Source: Gammaproteobacteria bacterium (GTDB lineage: Bacteria; Pseudomonadota; Gammaproteobacteria; UBA4575). Taken from it: DNA of 64,000 nucleotides. Under the pieces are notes generated by a model, which did not search any database, was not told where the DNA came from, and was given only the letters and a program-made list of their open reading frames with translations. A program made the translations under genes and the position numbers. The stretch spans positions 544,001-608,000 of the forward strand of contig CBDCUI010000009.1 in assembly GCA_965222615.1 (NCBI GenBank). Direction: 5' to 3'. This document shows positions 9,927 to 20,210 of this stretch, piece after piece (positions within the stretch are counted from its first letter, which is position 1; each line of letters opens with the position of its first letter).

Positions 9927-10065
9927 TTATAGACTCCTGAAAATTAATTACAAATATTAATTACTAGATAATCATCATAAAACAGATGCTTTAAATATAT
10001 AGACATATATATATACACTTAGTATGCTTTTCCATCCCTCAAATGTATAAAAAAGTGAGAATAAT

Positions 10066-10497
10066 ATGGGACTATTTGATTTCGCTAAAGATTTTGGCAA
10101 AAAACTCTTTGGAATAGACGATGATCCAGCAGATAAAATAAAACAACACATTGAAGAGTCTAATCCGGGCGTAGATCCGTTTGATGTAGCTTATGAGGAT
10201 GGCAAAGTCACACTATCAGGCCAAGCCTCAAGCCAAGAAGCTTATGAAAAAGCAATATTGATGGCAGGCAACGTTAAAGGCGTTATAGAAGTTTCTGCTG
10301 AAAATCTAAGCGCTCCTGAACCTGAAGTTAAAGTGGAATATTATGTAATCGAAAAAGGCGATACGCTGTCTAAAATTGCCAAAACATACTATGGCGATGC
10401 GATGGAATATCCAAGAATATTTGAAGCAAATCGAGAAGTGATACAAGACCCGGATTTAATCTATCCTGGCCAAAAAATTAGAATTCCTCTTGGATAA
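10066..10497 (+). CDS. kbp: BON+LysM potassium-binding protein Kbp (YgaU)
   Basis: MGLFDFAKDFGKKLF N-terminus, GNVKGV, LysM GDTLSKIAK.YYG..IFEAN..PDLIYPGQ. Confidence 0.92.
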   Translation: MGLFDFAKDFGKKLFGIDDDPADKIKQHIEESNPGVDPFDVAYEDGKVTLSGQASSQEAYEKAILMAGNVKGVIEVSAENLSAPEPEVKVEYYVIEKGDTLSKIAKTYYGDAMEYPRIFEANREVIQDPDLIYPGQKIRIPLG

Positions 10498-10508
10498 TTG
10501 ACACTTTA

Positions 10509-10540
10509 AGCCCCTACCTATTACATGTAGGGGCTTTTTT
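10509..10540 (+). terminator. Rho-independent terminator after kbp
   Basis: AGCCCCTAC-loop-GTAGGGGCT followed by a T tract. Confidence 0.85.
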
Positions 10541-10559
10541 CTAAATCAAACCAATACAA

Positions 10560-11099
10560 TTAAGCCACAGCAAATGGGCTTTCGGTTTCTAACGCCTCCG
10601 CAATTTCTTGGATGACTTCAACTTCTCCTTTACTTACCTGCTGACCACCAAAACCTAAAAAACCTCCTTCTTTCGCGGCCATAGCAACCTGTTCCGCAAC
10701 TTTCATCGCCCATTCTTTATACTCGTATTTTTCCTCATTACTTGCTTTTTCATCCAATAACCTCGCAACTGTTCTACAATCTTCAATCAGTTGATCTTTA
10801 AGCATTTGCTTAGACTTAATTCCTTTTTCCTTCATACGAGTTATGGCTTTGCTTCTAAACTTCTTGGCATGCTCTATCGCTTCTTGTCTTTCTTCCATCA
10901 CAGGCAATACAGTTTGTATGACTTCGTTGTTAGGATAAGACTTTACAGCAGCCATAATTGACTTCGCATTGGTCATCGCTTCCTTGACTGTACCTACCAC
11001 ACCACTACCCTCAGACATGGACACGGCAGAACCAATCATGGAGGGTACACTCATTAACAAAAACTGTTCATCTTCTGTAAATCGCTTGTTAGCCATCAT
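10560..11099 (-). CDS. Conserved hypothetical protein
   Basis: Helical protein with VAMAAKEGGFLGFGG motif; GGAGG SD upstream. Confidence 0.7.
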   Translation of the reverse strand: MMANKRFTEDEQFLLMSVPSMIGSAVSMSEGSGVVGTVKEAMTNAKSIMAAVKSYPNNEVIQTVLPVMEERQEAIEHAKKFRSKAITRMKEKGIKSKQMLKDQLIEDCRTVARLLDEKASNEEKYEYKEWAMKVAEQVAMAAKEGGFLGFGGQQVSKGEVEVIQEIAEALETESPFAVA

Positions 11100-11278
11100 T
11101 CAACCTCCGGTTTATTATTACCTTATTACCGTCTGCCACATTATTCAGCAACTTCATGGCTATTGCCAATAGATGTATGTGTCAAAATTAGTAAACTAAA
11201 TTAACTAACAAAAATATATGCATATATTTCAATGACTTTCTTCCTTAACTTGATTTAAATTAGTAATTAGCAAGTAAC

Positions 11279-11956
11279 ATGTTTGACACAATTCGTAGAT
11301 TTGAGGTACCTGAAGGTGTAGACCTAGAATTGCGTTTAGCAGGTCCTGTCATACGAATACTTGCCTGGCTAATCGATTTTTTAATCCGTACTGCCATTCA
11401 AATTGCCGCATATTTTGTTTTGCTGTGGTTAGGCAAAATAGGTATGGGCATTATGTTAATCGTTTATTTTTTCATTGAATGGTTGTACCCAGTCTTTTTC
11501 GAACTCTACCAAGGCGCCACACCAGGTAAGAAAACGCTTAATCTATATGTCTGCCATGACGACGGTACCCCAGTAAATTGGCATAGCTCAATGTTAAGAA
11601 ATTTACTGCGAGTCGCCGATTTCTTCCCGTTTTTATATGGCGTTGGATTATTAACGATGTTAATCAACCGCGATTTTAAACGCTTGGGTGACATAGCAGC
11701 TGGAACGGTGGTGGTATACAGAGATAAGAAAACCAGCAATACCTCTGTGCCAAATACTAGCCCTACCCCATTACCTATCCCATTAACATTAACCGAGCAA
11801 CGAGCAATATTGGATTTTGCTGAACGCCATGAGTTTTTATCTATCCCACGTAGACAAGAGCTGGCGAATATTCTCTCCTCACTTACTAAGAAAAAAGATG
11901 ATTCATCAGTAAAAGAGCTTTATCAATATGCAAATTGGCTATTAAGAGGTCAGTAG
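11279..11956 (+). CDS. RDD family membrane protein
   Basis: RILAWLID, GATPGKK, RNLLR, KRLGDIAAGTVVV. Confidence 0.92.
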   Translation: MFDTIRRFEVPEGVDLELRLAGPVIRILAWLIDFLIRTAIQIAAYFVLLWLGKIGMGIMLIVYFFIEWLYPVFFELYQGATPGKKTLNLYVCHDDGTPVNWHSSMLRNLLRVADFFPFLYGVGLLTMLINRDFKRLGDIAAGTVVVYRDKKTSNTSVPNTSPTPLPIPLTLTEQRAILDFAERHEFLSIPRRQELANILSSLTKKKDDSSVKELYQYANWLLRGQ

Positions 11957-12951
11957 CCATTATGAAACAGGTTCAATTTCAACAAAAATACCAAAATTTT
12001 TGGAAAGAATTTGAAGCGGTTCTTGCTAATCTTGAAAATAGTAAGAACAATCAAAATACAAGCATAAATGAACGATATAACTTTCCAAAAAATTACAGGA
12101 GAATTTGCAACCATTACGCGATTGCTAAACAAAGGCATTATAGTCCGATTTTAATTCAACGCCTTCACACTCTAGTATTAAAAGGGCATGAACATCTTTA
12201 TCGTCATAAAACAATTTGGTTCTGGCGAGTCGTAGAATTCATAACAAGTAAATTTCCAATACTTGTACGCAAGCACCATAAAGCATTCTGGCTTGCAGCA
12301 GCATTATTTTTAATACCGGCATTCGCCATGGGTCTTGCTTGCTTTAAAGATAGTGAAATTATTTACAGTGTGATGGATCCTTGGAGTGTTGCCGATATGG
12401 AGTATATGTATGATCCAGATAATGAAAAAATAGGCAGAGATGAAACACGACAAAGCGACACTGATGTATTTATGTTTGGTTTTTACATTTTTAATAATAT
12501 ATCGGTTGGCTTTAGAACATTTGCAAGTGGAATATTATTAGGTATTGGCTCCCTGTTTTTTCTCTTATATAACGGACTCATGATTGGGGGTGTCGCCGGA
12601 TATCTTACTCAATTAGGTTTCACTGAGACATTCTGGCCATTCGTTAGCGGCCACGGCTCATTTGAGCTCACAGCAATTGTGATTTGTGGTATGGCCGGGC
12701 TAATTTTGGCAAAACCCATCTATGCGCCAGGAAATCTGCGACGGGTGGATGCCTTAAAAATAGCTGCAAAAGATAGTATTCAACTTGTCATGGGAGCAGC
12801 ACTCATGCTAATTGTCGCTGCCTTTATTGAAGCCTTTTGGTCACCTTCTTCATTTGTAACAATACCGGTTAAATTTACTGTAGCTGCGTTTTTGTGGTTA
12901 TTTGTAATCCTATACTTAACCTTGGCAGGCAGAGGTTCACATGCAAGTTGA
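11935..12951 (+). CDS. Stage II sporulation protein M (DUF95) family membrane protein
   Basis: YIFNNISVGF, NGLMIG, HGSFEL, AAFIEAF; probable start is the ATG at 11962. Confidence 0.88.
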   Translation: MAIKRSVAIMKQVQFQQKYQNFWKEFEAVLANLENSKNNQNTSINERYNFPKNYRRICNHYAIAKQRHYSPILIQRLHTLVLKGHEHLYRHKTIWFWRVVEFITSKFPILVRKHHKAFWLAAALFLIPAFAMGLACFKDSEIIYSVMDPWSVADMEYMYDPDNEKIGRDETRQSDTDVFMFGFYIFNNISVGFRTFASGILLGIGSLFFLLYNGLMIGGVAGYLTQLGFTETFWPFVSGHGSFELTAIVICGMAGLILAKPIYAPGNLRRVDALKIAAKDSIQLVMGAALMLIVAAFIEAFWSPSSFVTIPVKFTVAAFLWLFVILYLTLAGRGSHAS

Positions 12952-14518
12952 ATCTTTGGCAGTCGCCTTACGTAAGCGTTCTAACATGGAAGCAATTGAT
13001 TTAGGTTTCGCCTTAGCACGATACTGGTTTCGAGAATTATGGCTGGCATGGTTAATCGGTGCATTACCTATATTTCTAGTAACAGTTCTATTTATTTTGA
13101 TAATCGACAATAAATATACTGCCTCCATCGTATTTTTTATATTTTGGTGGCTAAAACCACTATATGAACAACCACTACTATATATTTTAAGCAGACAGCT
13201 ATTTTCTGAGCCTGTTTCTCTAAACTATATATTTAGAAACTATTTCCAAATTATCAAACCTCAAATAACAGCTTTACTTTTTTGGAGGAGACTTAGCCTA
13301 AGTCGCTCATTTAACAACCCTGTTGCCATGCTCGAAGGCCTAACTGGAAAAGAACGTAGTGAAAGATTGAATATCTTACATGCCCAACAAAGTAATTCTA
13401 GCCAGCTATTAACCATAGTCTGCATTCATTTAGAAATGTTGCTGTATCTGTCGTTATTGAGTTTTGCATTTATGCTAATACCGGAAGAATTATTAGAGGG
13501 AGATTTTTTCGACATAGTAACCTCTGATTCATTAGTTTCCAGCCTGGTTACCTATTTTTCCTATTTTGTTGTAATGTCACTAATTGCGCCCTTTTATGTG
13601 GCAGCAGGTTTTTCACTATACATAACTCGACGTACAAAATTGGAGGGTTGGGATATCGAGCTCGCATTCAAGCGTTTAAAAAATCGAGTATCTAATGGTT
13701 CACTCAAAACAGAAAAGTCCCGCAACATTCTCATTACAGTTATTACTTTTGTTTTATTCCTATCCTCTCAGTTTGTTATTAATACACCTGTATATGCAGA
13801 ACAAAACATTTCTTCTACGACTATTTCTGAAGAGAATATTGTAGTCACACAAGAAACCAGTAAGGAAACCATACAGCAAGTACTCGAACGTGATGACTTT
13901 GGCAAAGTTAGCAAAGAAAAACAATGGGTATATATCAACACTGATGAAGAAAAGCCCGATGAACCTCCTAAATGGCTAGAGAAGTTTTTTAAATGGTTAT
14001 TTGGTGATTTTGCACAAAATGAAAAATCGACAAGTTTACAAATACTCGAATTTCTAATTTGGCTTGGTATTGCTGCGTTAGTAGTTTGGTTGCTACGTAA
14101 ATATACAAATTGGATGCAATGGATCAATACTGAAACTAAGACAAAAATTACTGGCAACAAGTCTGTTCCAAGCAAAATAGCTGGTATGGATATAAGTCAG
14201 GAATCACTCCCAGAAGATATTCTTACCACATTTAACACACTGTTAAATCAAAAACGATATCGTCAGGCTTTAAGTCTACTTTACCGTGCTAGCTTATCTA
14301 GAATCATACAGAGAGGTGATATTGAAATTCCTAGCAGTGCCACTGAAAGAGAATGCAGCCAAATCGTCTCAAAAACACGCAATCCGAATGAAGCAAATTA
14401 CTTTAAATTATTAACTCATGCATGGATTTTACTTGCCTATGGTAACCGCATGCCATCTGAAAGCACACTATCGCAACTACGTGACAGTTGGCCAACATTT
14501 TATGGAAATCCAGAATGA
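12941..14518 (+). CDS. DUF4129 domain membrane protein
   Basis: RTKLEGWDIELAF, ALSLLYRA, SATEREC, W...AYG; operon context. Confidence 0.8.
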   Translation: MQVESLAVALRKRSNMEAIDLGFALARYWFRELWLAWLIGALPIFLVTVLFILIIDNKYTASIVFFIFWWLKPLYEQPLLYILSRQLFSEPVSLNYIFRNYFQIIKPQITALLFWRRLSLSRSFNNPVAMLEGLTGKERSERLNILHAQQSNSSQLLTIVCIHLEMLLYLSLLSFAFMLIPEELLEGDFFDIVTSDSLVSSLVTYFSYFVVMSLIAPFYVAAGFSLYITRRTKLEGWDIELAFKRLKNRVSNGSLKTEKSRNILITVITFVLFLSSQFVINTPVYAEQNISSTTISEENIVVTQETSKETIQQVLERDDFGKVSKEKQWVYINTDEEKPDEPPKWLEKFFKWLFGDFAQNEKSTSLQILEFLIWLGIAALVVWLLRKYTNWMQWINTETKTKITGNKSVPSKIAGMDISQESLPEDILTTFNTLLNQKRYRQALSLLYRASLSRIIQRGDIEIPSSATERECSQIVSKTRNPNEANYFKLLTHAWILLAYGNRMPSESTLSQLRDSWPTFYGNPE

Positions 14519-15702
14519 ACTCAGACCGTCGTATTCTCATAATTATTTTTGTTGGGTTATTTTTAATCCTCATAGCGAAAGGTAGCACATGGTTTTATGA
14601 GAACTATGAATATAAAGAAGTAGAAATGACCTCTGGTTACTCACTTGAGGCAAGAAGAAATCCTTTCCTAGCGGCAGAGTACTTCTTGCAAAAATTAAAT
14701 TTAAATGTGGAAAGTGACGGATCTAGAGCCAAATTTCTTGAGCCACATACAAAAAACGAAACAATTTTTTTAAATGACTATGGACCTAAACTTTCTCCAA
14801 CTCGATTCAATGAATTAAAAAGTTGGCTAGAAGATGGCGGCCATTTAATAATGACTGCTACCGACTACTATTACACATCAACTACAGATGAAGACGAAGA
14901 TGAAGACTTTAGTGATTATAATCAACTATTAAATGAATATGGTATTCGTGCATTCTATACGGACTTTGATGATGATAATCCTTATCCAGATACTGAAAAA
15001 GTGCCCTTGTATAGACTAAAAGATGGAACAGATATATCAATCAGTTTTTACCCGGACTATCATTTAGTCGACACACAAGATCTTGCTTCCTTTACATTAG
15101 AAGATGAATATGGAATACATTTACTGCAAATTGAAATCGGAAATGGATACCTTACAGTATTAAGTGACGATTATTTCTTAGAGAATTACAGCATTGGAGA
15201 AAATGATCACGCTTATTTATTATGGCTACTGAGCACCGCTAATAAATCTCCAAATAATAAAATCTTGCTGCTATACAATAGTATATCAGATTCAATTTTT
15301 GCACTTTTATGGAAACATGCTAAACATGCATGTATCGCCTTTATATTGTTTATCGCAATGGGGTTATGGACTATGCAAAACCGCATTGGGCCAATAATAC
15401 CAATCTCTGATCTTAACAGTCGCAATGTTTTAGAACATTTGCGTGCAATTGCACGTTTTAGTTGGCGTCAAGATAAAGGGGTGCGGTTGTTGCAACATAG
15501 CCGTATGATATGTGAACAAACTCTACTGTCTCGTTACCCTGTTTTAAAAAATATGTCTACTCAAGAACGTGTAGAACATCTTGCAGATGTACTTAATATT
15601 CCAACTAGAACCATAGAAAAAGCACTTTACAGCGAGCCTTCTTCCACTAATGAATTTATCACCTCGTCTCATCACTTACAGAAAATATGGATACTGCAAT
15701 GA
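14488..15702 (+). CDS. DUF4350 domain protein
   Basis: EARRNPFLAA, W...GGHL, N.SIGENDHAYLLW, EHLRA; operon context. Confidence 0.8.
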   Translation: MANILWKSRMNSDRRILIIIFVGLFLILIAKGSTWFYENYEYKEVEMTSGYSLEARRNPFLAAEYFLQKLNLNVESDGSRAKFLEPHTKNETIFLNDYGPKLSPTRFNELKSWLEDGGHLIMTATDYYYTSTTDEDEDEDFSDYNQLLNEYGIRAFYTDFDDDNPYPDTEKVPLYRLKDGTDISISFYPDYHLVDTQDLASFTLEDEYGIHLLQIEIGNGYLTVLSDDYFLENYSIGENDHAYLLWLLSTANKSPNNKILLLYNSISDSIFALLWKHAKHACIAFILFIAMGLWTMQNRIGPIIPISDLNSRNVLEHLRAIARFSWRQDKGVRLLQHSRMICEQTLLSRYPVLKNMSTQERVEHLADVLNIPTRTIEKALYSEPSSTNEFITSSHHLQKIWILQ

Positions 15703-16700
15703 ATGAACCTTCACAGAAAATAAATACTCAAGTAACCAACATTGACCTGCAAGAAACTAGCGAACAAATTGCAAAACTTGAAAATGCTATTCACTCCGCC
15801 ATTGTTGGTCAACGTGACGTAGTTAGACATGTATTAATTACCCTCATCGCCTCAGGGCATGCATTGATAGAAGGCGTACCTGGCGTTGGTAAAACATTGC
15901 TAGTGCGTGCATTAGCCGCCGCAGTGGGTGGAAAATTCAGCCGTGTGCAATTTACTCCTGATTTAATGCCAAGCGATATCACCGGTCATGTAATGTATGA
16001 CATGAAAACAACGGAATTTAAAGTAAGACGTGGTCCGGTTTTCTGTAATTTTTTATTAGCGGATGAAATCAATCGAGCCCCGGCAAAAACACAATCAGCA
16101 CTATTAGAAGTCATGCAAGAACAGCAAGTGACCATTGAGGGTCAATCGTTTACTTTACAAGAGCCATTCTTAGTGTTGGCAACACAAAATCCTATAGAGC
16201 AAGAAGGCACTTATCCACTTCCTGAGGCACAGCTAGATCGTTTTTTGCTTAAAATAAAAATTGACTACCCAATACATGACGATGAAGTGAACATCGTAAA
16301 GCAAGTTACTTCTTTAAGTATTGGAGATAAGCTTGATGTGTCATCTGTCTCTCAAGTATTAACACCAGAACAAGTAATTAAATTGCAACATACAGCAGCT
16401 CAATTACATATTGATGAGCAAATTATCCAATATACAGTACGCATCGCATCCGCTACACGTAATCGTAATGGCATCGATATAGGATCAGGGCCACGTGGAA
16501 GTTTAGCTTTATTACGAGCTGCACGTGCCAGTGCATTGATAAATGGCAATGAGTTCGTCACTCCAGACGATGTCAAATCCGTGGCACCAAATGTGTTACG
16601 CCATCGTTTAACATTGAATGCAGATCTTGAAATAGAAGGCTACCCAGTCGATAAAGTTGTCGAAGACATTCTCAAAGAAGTCGATGCTCCACGTATATGA
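15687..16700 (+). CDS. moxR: MoxR family AAA+ ATPase
   Basis: GVPGVGKT Walker A, FTPDLMPSDI, LADEINRAPAKTQSALLE, TQNPIEQEGTYPLPEAQLDRF. Confidence 0.96.
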   Translation: MDTAMNEPSQKINTQVTNIDLQETSEQIAKLENAIHSAIVGQRDVVRHVLITLIASGHALIEGVPGVGKTLLVRALAAAVGGKFSRVQFTPDLMPSDITGHVMYDMKTTEFKVRRGPVFCNFLLADEINRAPAKTQSALLEVMQEQQVTIEGQSFTLQEPFLVLATQNPIEQEGTYPLPEAQLDRFLLKIKIDYPIHDDEVNIVKQVTSLSIGDKLDVSSVSQVLTPEQVIKLQHTAAQLHIDEQIIQYTVRIASATRNRNGIDIGSGPRGSLALLRAARASALINGNEFVTPDDVKSVAPNVLRHRLTLNADLEIEGYPVDKVVEDILKEVDAPRI

Positions 16701-18001
16701 AACCAACAAATATAACATTTTGGCTGGTTGGTATATGGGCACTCATTGGAATAATAAGTGCATTTTTCCCTCAAGGAATTATTTTCTGGAAGACCTATGG
16801 AATTCTTTTAGTATTGATATTGATGCTGGATGCAATCGCAGTAATGGCTAAACCAAATATTTCAATATCTCGACAGATTAATCATAACTTGCCCATATAC
16901 AGTTGGAGTAAAGTCAAGCAAATTATAAAGAACCAAACAAGTATCAGTTTAAATTTACTAGCTCATGATCACTACCCTGTAGATTTTCAGATTGAATCTA
17001 CTCCTGGTGAATTTGTATTGGCACCAAACCAAACCATAGAGTTAAATTATCGAGTAAAACCACTTTTTCGTGGAAACTATGATTTTACAGGTACAGATAT
17101 TTTACGTCGTTCACCATTGCATTTATGGCTACGTAAGTTTTTCTATATAAATCAAAAACCGGTGCGGGTTTTCCCAAACTTCGCAGACATTAGCAAATAT
17201 ATATTGCTTGCAACCGATAATCGTCTAAGCCAGTTTGGTATTAAAAAACGGCAACGGCGTGGTGAAGGTAGTGACTTTCACCAATTACGCGAATATCACT
17301 TAGGTGACAGCCTCAAACAGATAGACTGGAAAGCTAGCTCTCGACTAAATAAATTAATCTCAAAAGAATATCAAGATGAAAGAGATCAACAAATCATATT
17401 TTTATTAGATTGTGGGCGACGTATGCGCCATAGCGATGAAAAATTTACTCATCTTGATCAAGCCATTAACTCTATGTTGCTATTGTCCTATGTTGCTATA
17501 CAGCAAGGTGATGCAGTTGGTTTCAGATCATTTGCCGGAGATCAGCGATGGGTGCCACCAAAAAAAGGCACGAAAACGGTAACGAATTTACTACACAAAA
17601 CTTATGATTTACCTTCAACACTTGAGTCAGCAGACTACTTACAGGTTGCTCAAGATGTCCTTAGACTACAACGTAAACGATCGTTAATTATTTTAGTCAC
17701 TAACACTCGCGATGATGATTATGACAACCTTGTGGCTGCAATAAAATTATTGAGTGTACGTCACCTGGTTGTGTTAGCTGATCTTAGAGAGCAAGCACTT
17801 AATGAATTACAAAACCAGTCTATTTCAGATCTCGATAGTGCACTTCAATTTCACGCAACTGAGCAATTTCTGCAACAAAGAAAAGAAAATCATCGCGAGC
17901 TACGTCATTTAGGTGTAATTTGCCTGGATGTAGTCGCTCAACAATTACCCATTTATTTAGTAAACGAGTATTTAAATATTAAACGTGCCAGCAAACTTTA
18001 A
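16697..18001 (+). CDS. DUF58 (VWA-like) protein, MoxR partner
   Basis: GSDFHQLREY..GD....IDWKASSR, LDCGRRM. Confidence 0.92.
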   Translation: MKPTNITFWLVGIWALIGIISAFFPQGIIFWKTYGILLVLILMLDAIAVMAKPNISISRQINHNLPIYSWSKVKQIIKNQTSISLNLLAHDHYPVDFQIESTPGEFVLAPNQTIELNYRVKPLFRGNYDFTGTDILRRSPLHLWLRKFFYINQKPVRVFPNFADISKYILLATDNRLSQFGIKKRQRRGEGSDFHQLREYHLGDSLKQIDWKASSRLNKLISKEYQDERDQQIIFLLDCGRRMRHSDEKFTHLDQAINSMLLLSYVAIQQGDAVGFRSFAGDQRWVPPKKGTKTVTNLLHKTYDLPSTLESADYLQVAQDVLRLQRKRSLIILVTNTRDDDYDNLVAAIKLLSVRHLVVLADLREQALNELQNQSISDLDSALQFHATEQFLQQRKENHRELRHLGVICLDVVAQQLPIYLVNEYLNIKRASKL

Positions 18002-18014
18002 CTAATAACTAACT

Positions 18015-18232
18015 TAGGAAGCTCTGATTTGTTAATGAAATGATTGAGATTAGGCAAAAAATGTTGAGACAAATCTGCCGGGAGCAGATTTGGGAAGCTC
18101 TGCTAGCCGCAGGCCGAGCACCAGGAAGGTGCGAGTCAAAGCGGAGTGTATATACGAATACATGAGCATTTCGAAACATTTTTCATTTTTGATTTTTTTA
18201 GGGACATCTCAGAATAAATCAGAGTTTCTCTA
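18015..18232. mobile_element. Family A miniature element (copy A3) with an internal ~70-bp hairpin module
   Basis: TIRs GGAAGCTCTGATTTGTT / AATAAATCAGAGTTTC; the insert at 18068-18137 is shared with 8892-8961. Confidence 0.82.
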
Positions 18233-19030
18233 GCTCGTGTAGATCTGTCGATAGGCCGTATAAAACACAGCAATACTAACTGGAAGTAAAATTAACCAGC
18301 CAAGAAAAAATGGAATCGATGCAATCACTGCTAAAATAATCATCGCTAGGCCATAAATAATAAATGGCAATATATTTTTCAAACACCCCATAAAACTCAT
18401 CTTAAGAGAACTCATCACAGGAAGACCCCCCAAAGCAATTAATGGAGGGGCGAACCAAAATGCCATGATAATGGGAATCAGCAAAGCGAAAGCAACTAGC
18501 ATTGTCAGCAAGGTGCTAGTAGAAAACATATCTTCAGGATTCATGCCTTGTAGGCTTTCAGGGTCAGTCAATACCTCTGAGCCACCCATACCACCCAGGA
18601 TTGCCAGAAACACAACTACACCTATGGCAAGCATTACCAGTAAATACAAACCACCAAGCCCAATTAGTGGGCCAGTATTTTTTTTAAAACCTGAGAATAA
18701 ATGCCCAATTTCTAAGGCTTCACCTCTTTCTAAAGCAACACAGCCATACATAAAGCCGGCTATAAACACTGCATACAACAACGACATCGCAATAGGCCCG
18801 ATGATGGGAATCAGTTGTCCGATGATATTTAGCACAAACCAAATAATGATCATGAGTATCCATATCAACGGACTCTTTTTAAAAAGCCCAAAGGCCTGTT
18901 TGATCCAACCCCAACCTGCCATGGCAGGCAAAGATTTAATGCCGGTTACTGCTAATTCGCCGCCTTGTGCCTGCCTCCCTTCTACCAAATTTGCATCAGG
19001 TGCTTGATATGGATTTTGATCACTCATCAC
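18230..19030 (-). CDS. BPSS1780 family membrane protein
   Basis: NPYQAP N-terminus, GWGWIKQAFGLFK, LFSGF, AFWFAPPL, SF.GCLKN. Confidence 0.85.
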   Translation of the reverse strand: MMSDQNPYQAPDANLVEGRQAQGGELAVTGIKSLPAMAGWGWIKQAFGLFKKSPLIWILMIIIWFVLNIIGQLIPIIGPIAMSLLYAVFIAGFMYGCVALERGEALEIGHLFSGFKKNTGPLIGLGGLYLLVMLAIGVVVFLAILGGMGGSEVLTDPESLQGMNPEDMFSTSTLLTMLVAFALLIPIIMAFWFAPPLIALGGLPVMSSLKMSFMGCLKNILPFIIYGLAMIILAVIASIPFFLGWLILLPVSIAVFYTAYRQIYTS

Positions 19031-19223
19031 TTTCCCCTAATATTATTAATAAATGGTTAATCATCAGGAAACATGGAGTCCTGACAATGTAGAAAATGCT
19101 GGTAATTAGCTTTTGCTATGCTTAATAGGTAACGAACTATACTCGAAACTCATTTAATTTATAGTGGTAACTATTTCATTCTAAAATTTCTATAGTTATC
19201 CTTTAAACTTAAAGGAACACTTC

Positions 19224-19973
19224 ATGACTGTAAGAATTTACGCACTAGCACTGAATGTGATTTTGCTAGGATCACAAGCGATTCAGGCCCAAGAAATTCA
19301 ATTTAGTAGTAGTGAAAAACAAGTTGCATTAATTGAGCTATATACCTCACAAGGTTGTAGCAGTTGTCCACCAGCAGACGAATGGGTGAGTGAACTACAA
19401 GATGTGCCTGGTCTATGGTCAGAGTTTGTCCCAGTAGCTTTTCATGTAGACTACTGGGATTACCTTGGTTGGAAAGATCGTTTTTCAAAAAAGAAATTCT
19501 CAGATCGCCATAGACTGCATAAGCATCAGGGTCATGCTGGTGTGGTCTATACGCCTGGTTTTTTTCTAAATGGCAAAGAATGGCGAAGCCGCCTTGGACG
19601 TAAGCCTCCCTCGCTAGGCGAAAATTTGGTAGGCAAAATCAGTGCGTCTCTAAACCAATATATATTAAAAGTTAGTTACGACTCTCATAAAAAAATTAAT
19701 CAAGCTACTCTCAATGTTGCAATCTTAGGTTTTGGCTACCAGACGCCGATTAATGCAGGTGAAAATTCAAATCGAGTATTAAATGAAAACTTTGTTCTAC
19801 TTTCACATACTAAACATGCAAGTGCGAATAACCGCTGGGAAATAACACTACCAAAACAAGTTACACCACGTGCAGATAAATATGCAATTGCAGTTTGGAT
19901 CAGTCAAGGTGTCGATTTAACACCCTTGCAAGCCACGGGGGGATGGCTGCCTGAACAATATTTTCAGCGCTGA
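19224..19973 (+). CDS. DUF1223 thioredoxin-like secreted protein
   Basis: ELYTSQGCSSCPPAD, FHVDYWDYLGWKD, VYTP, GENS.R.L. Confidence 0.92.
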   Translation: MTVRIYALALNVILLGSQAIQAQEIQFSSSEKQVALIELYTSQGCSSCPPADEWVSELQDVPGLWSEFVPVAFHVDYWDYLGWKDRFSKKKFSDRHRLHKHQGHAGVVYTPGFFLNGKEWRSRLGRKPPSLGENLVGKISASLNQYILKVSYDSHKKINQATLNVAILGFGYQTPINAGENSNRVLNENFVLLSHTKHASANNRWEITLPKQVTPRADKYAIAVWISQGVDLTPLQATGGWLPEQYFQR

Positions 19974-20120
19974 AGAAGCTCTGATTTATTCTGATACGTT
20001 GTTAAAAAATGTTTCAAAATGCTCATTTACTAGTGTGTAAACTCCGCTTTTTCAACATTTTTTGCCTTGTCTCAGACGCTTTGTAAAATAAAATCAAGCT
20101 AATAAATCAGAGCTTCCTTA
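19973..20120. mobile_element. Family A miniature element (copy A4, reverse orientation)
   Basis: TIRs GAAGCTCTGATTTATT / AATAAATCAGAGCTTCC; core is the reverse complement of the other copies; begins at the DUF1223 stop codon. Confidence 0.82.
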
Positions 20121-20210
20121 AGTAAGGATGTAGTGGTATTTCATTAATACAATGACCATCTGAAATATATTGCATAATTTCCTTCAATTTATTATTTTCG
20201 TGCATAGTCA

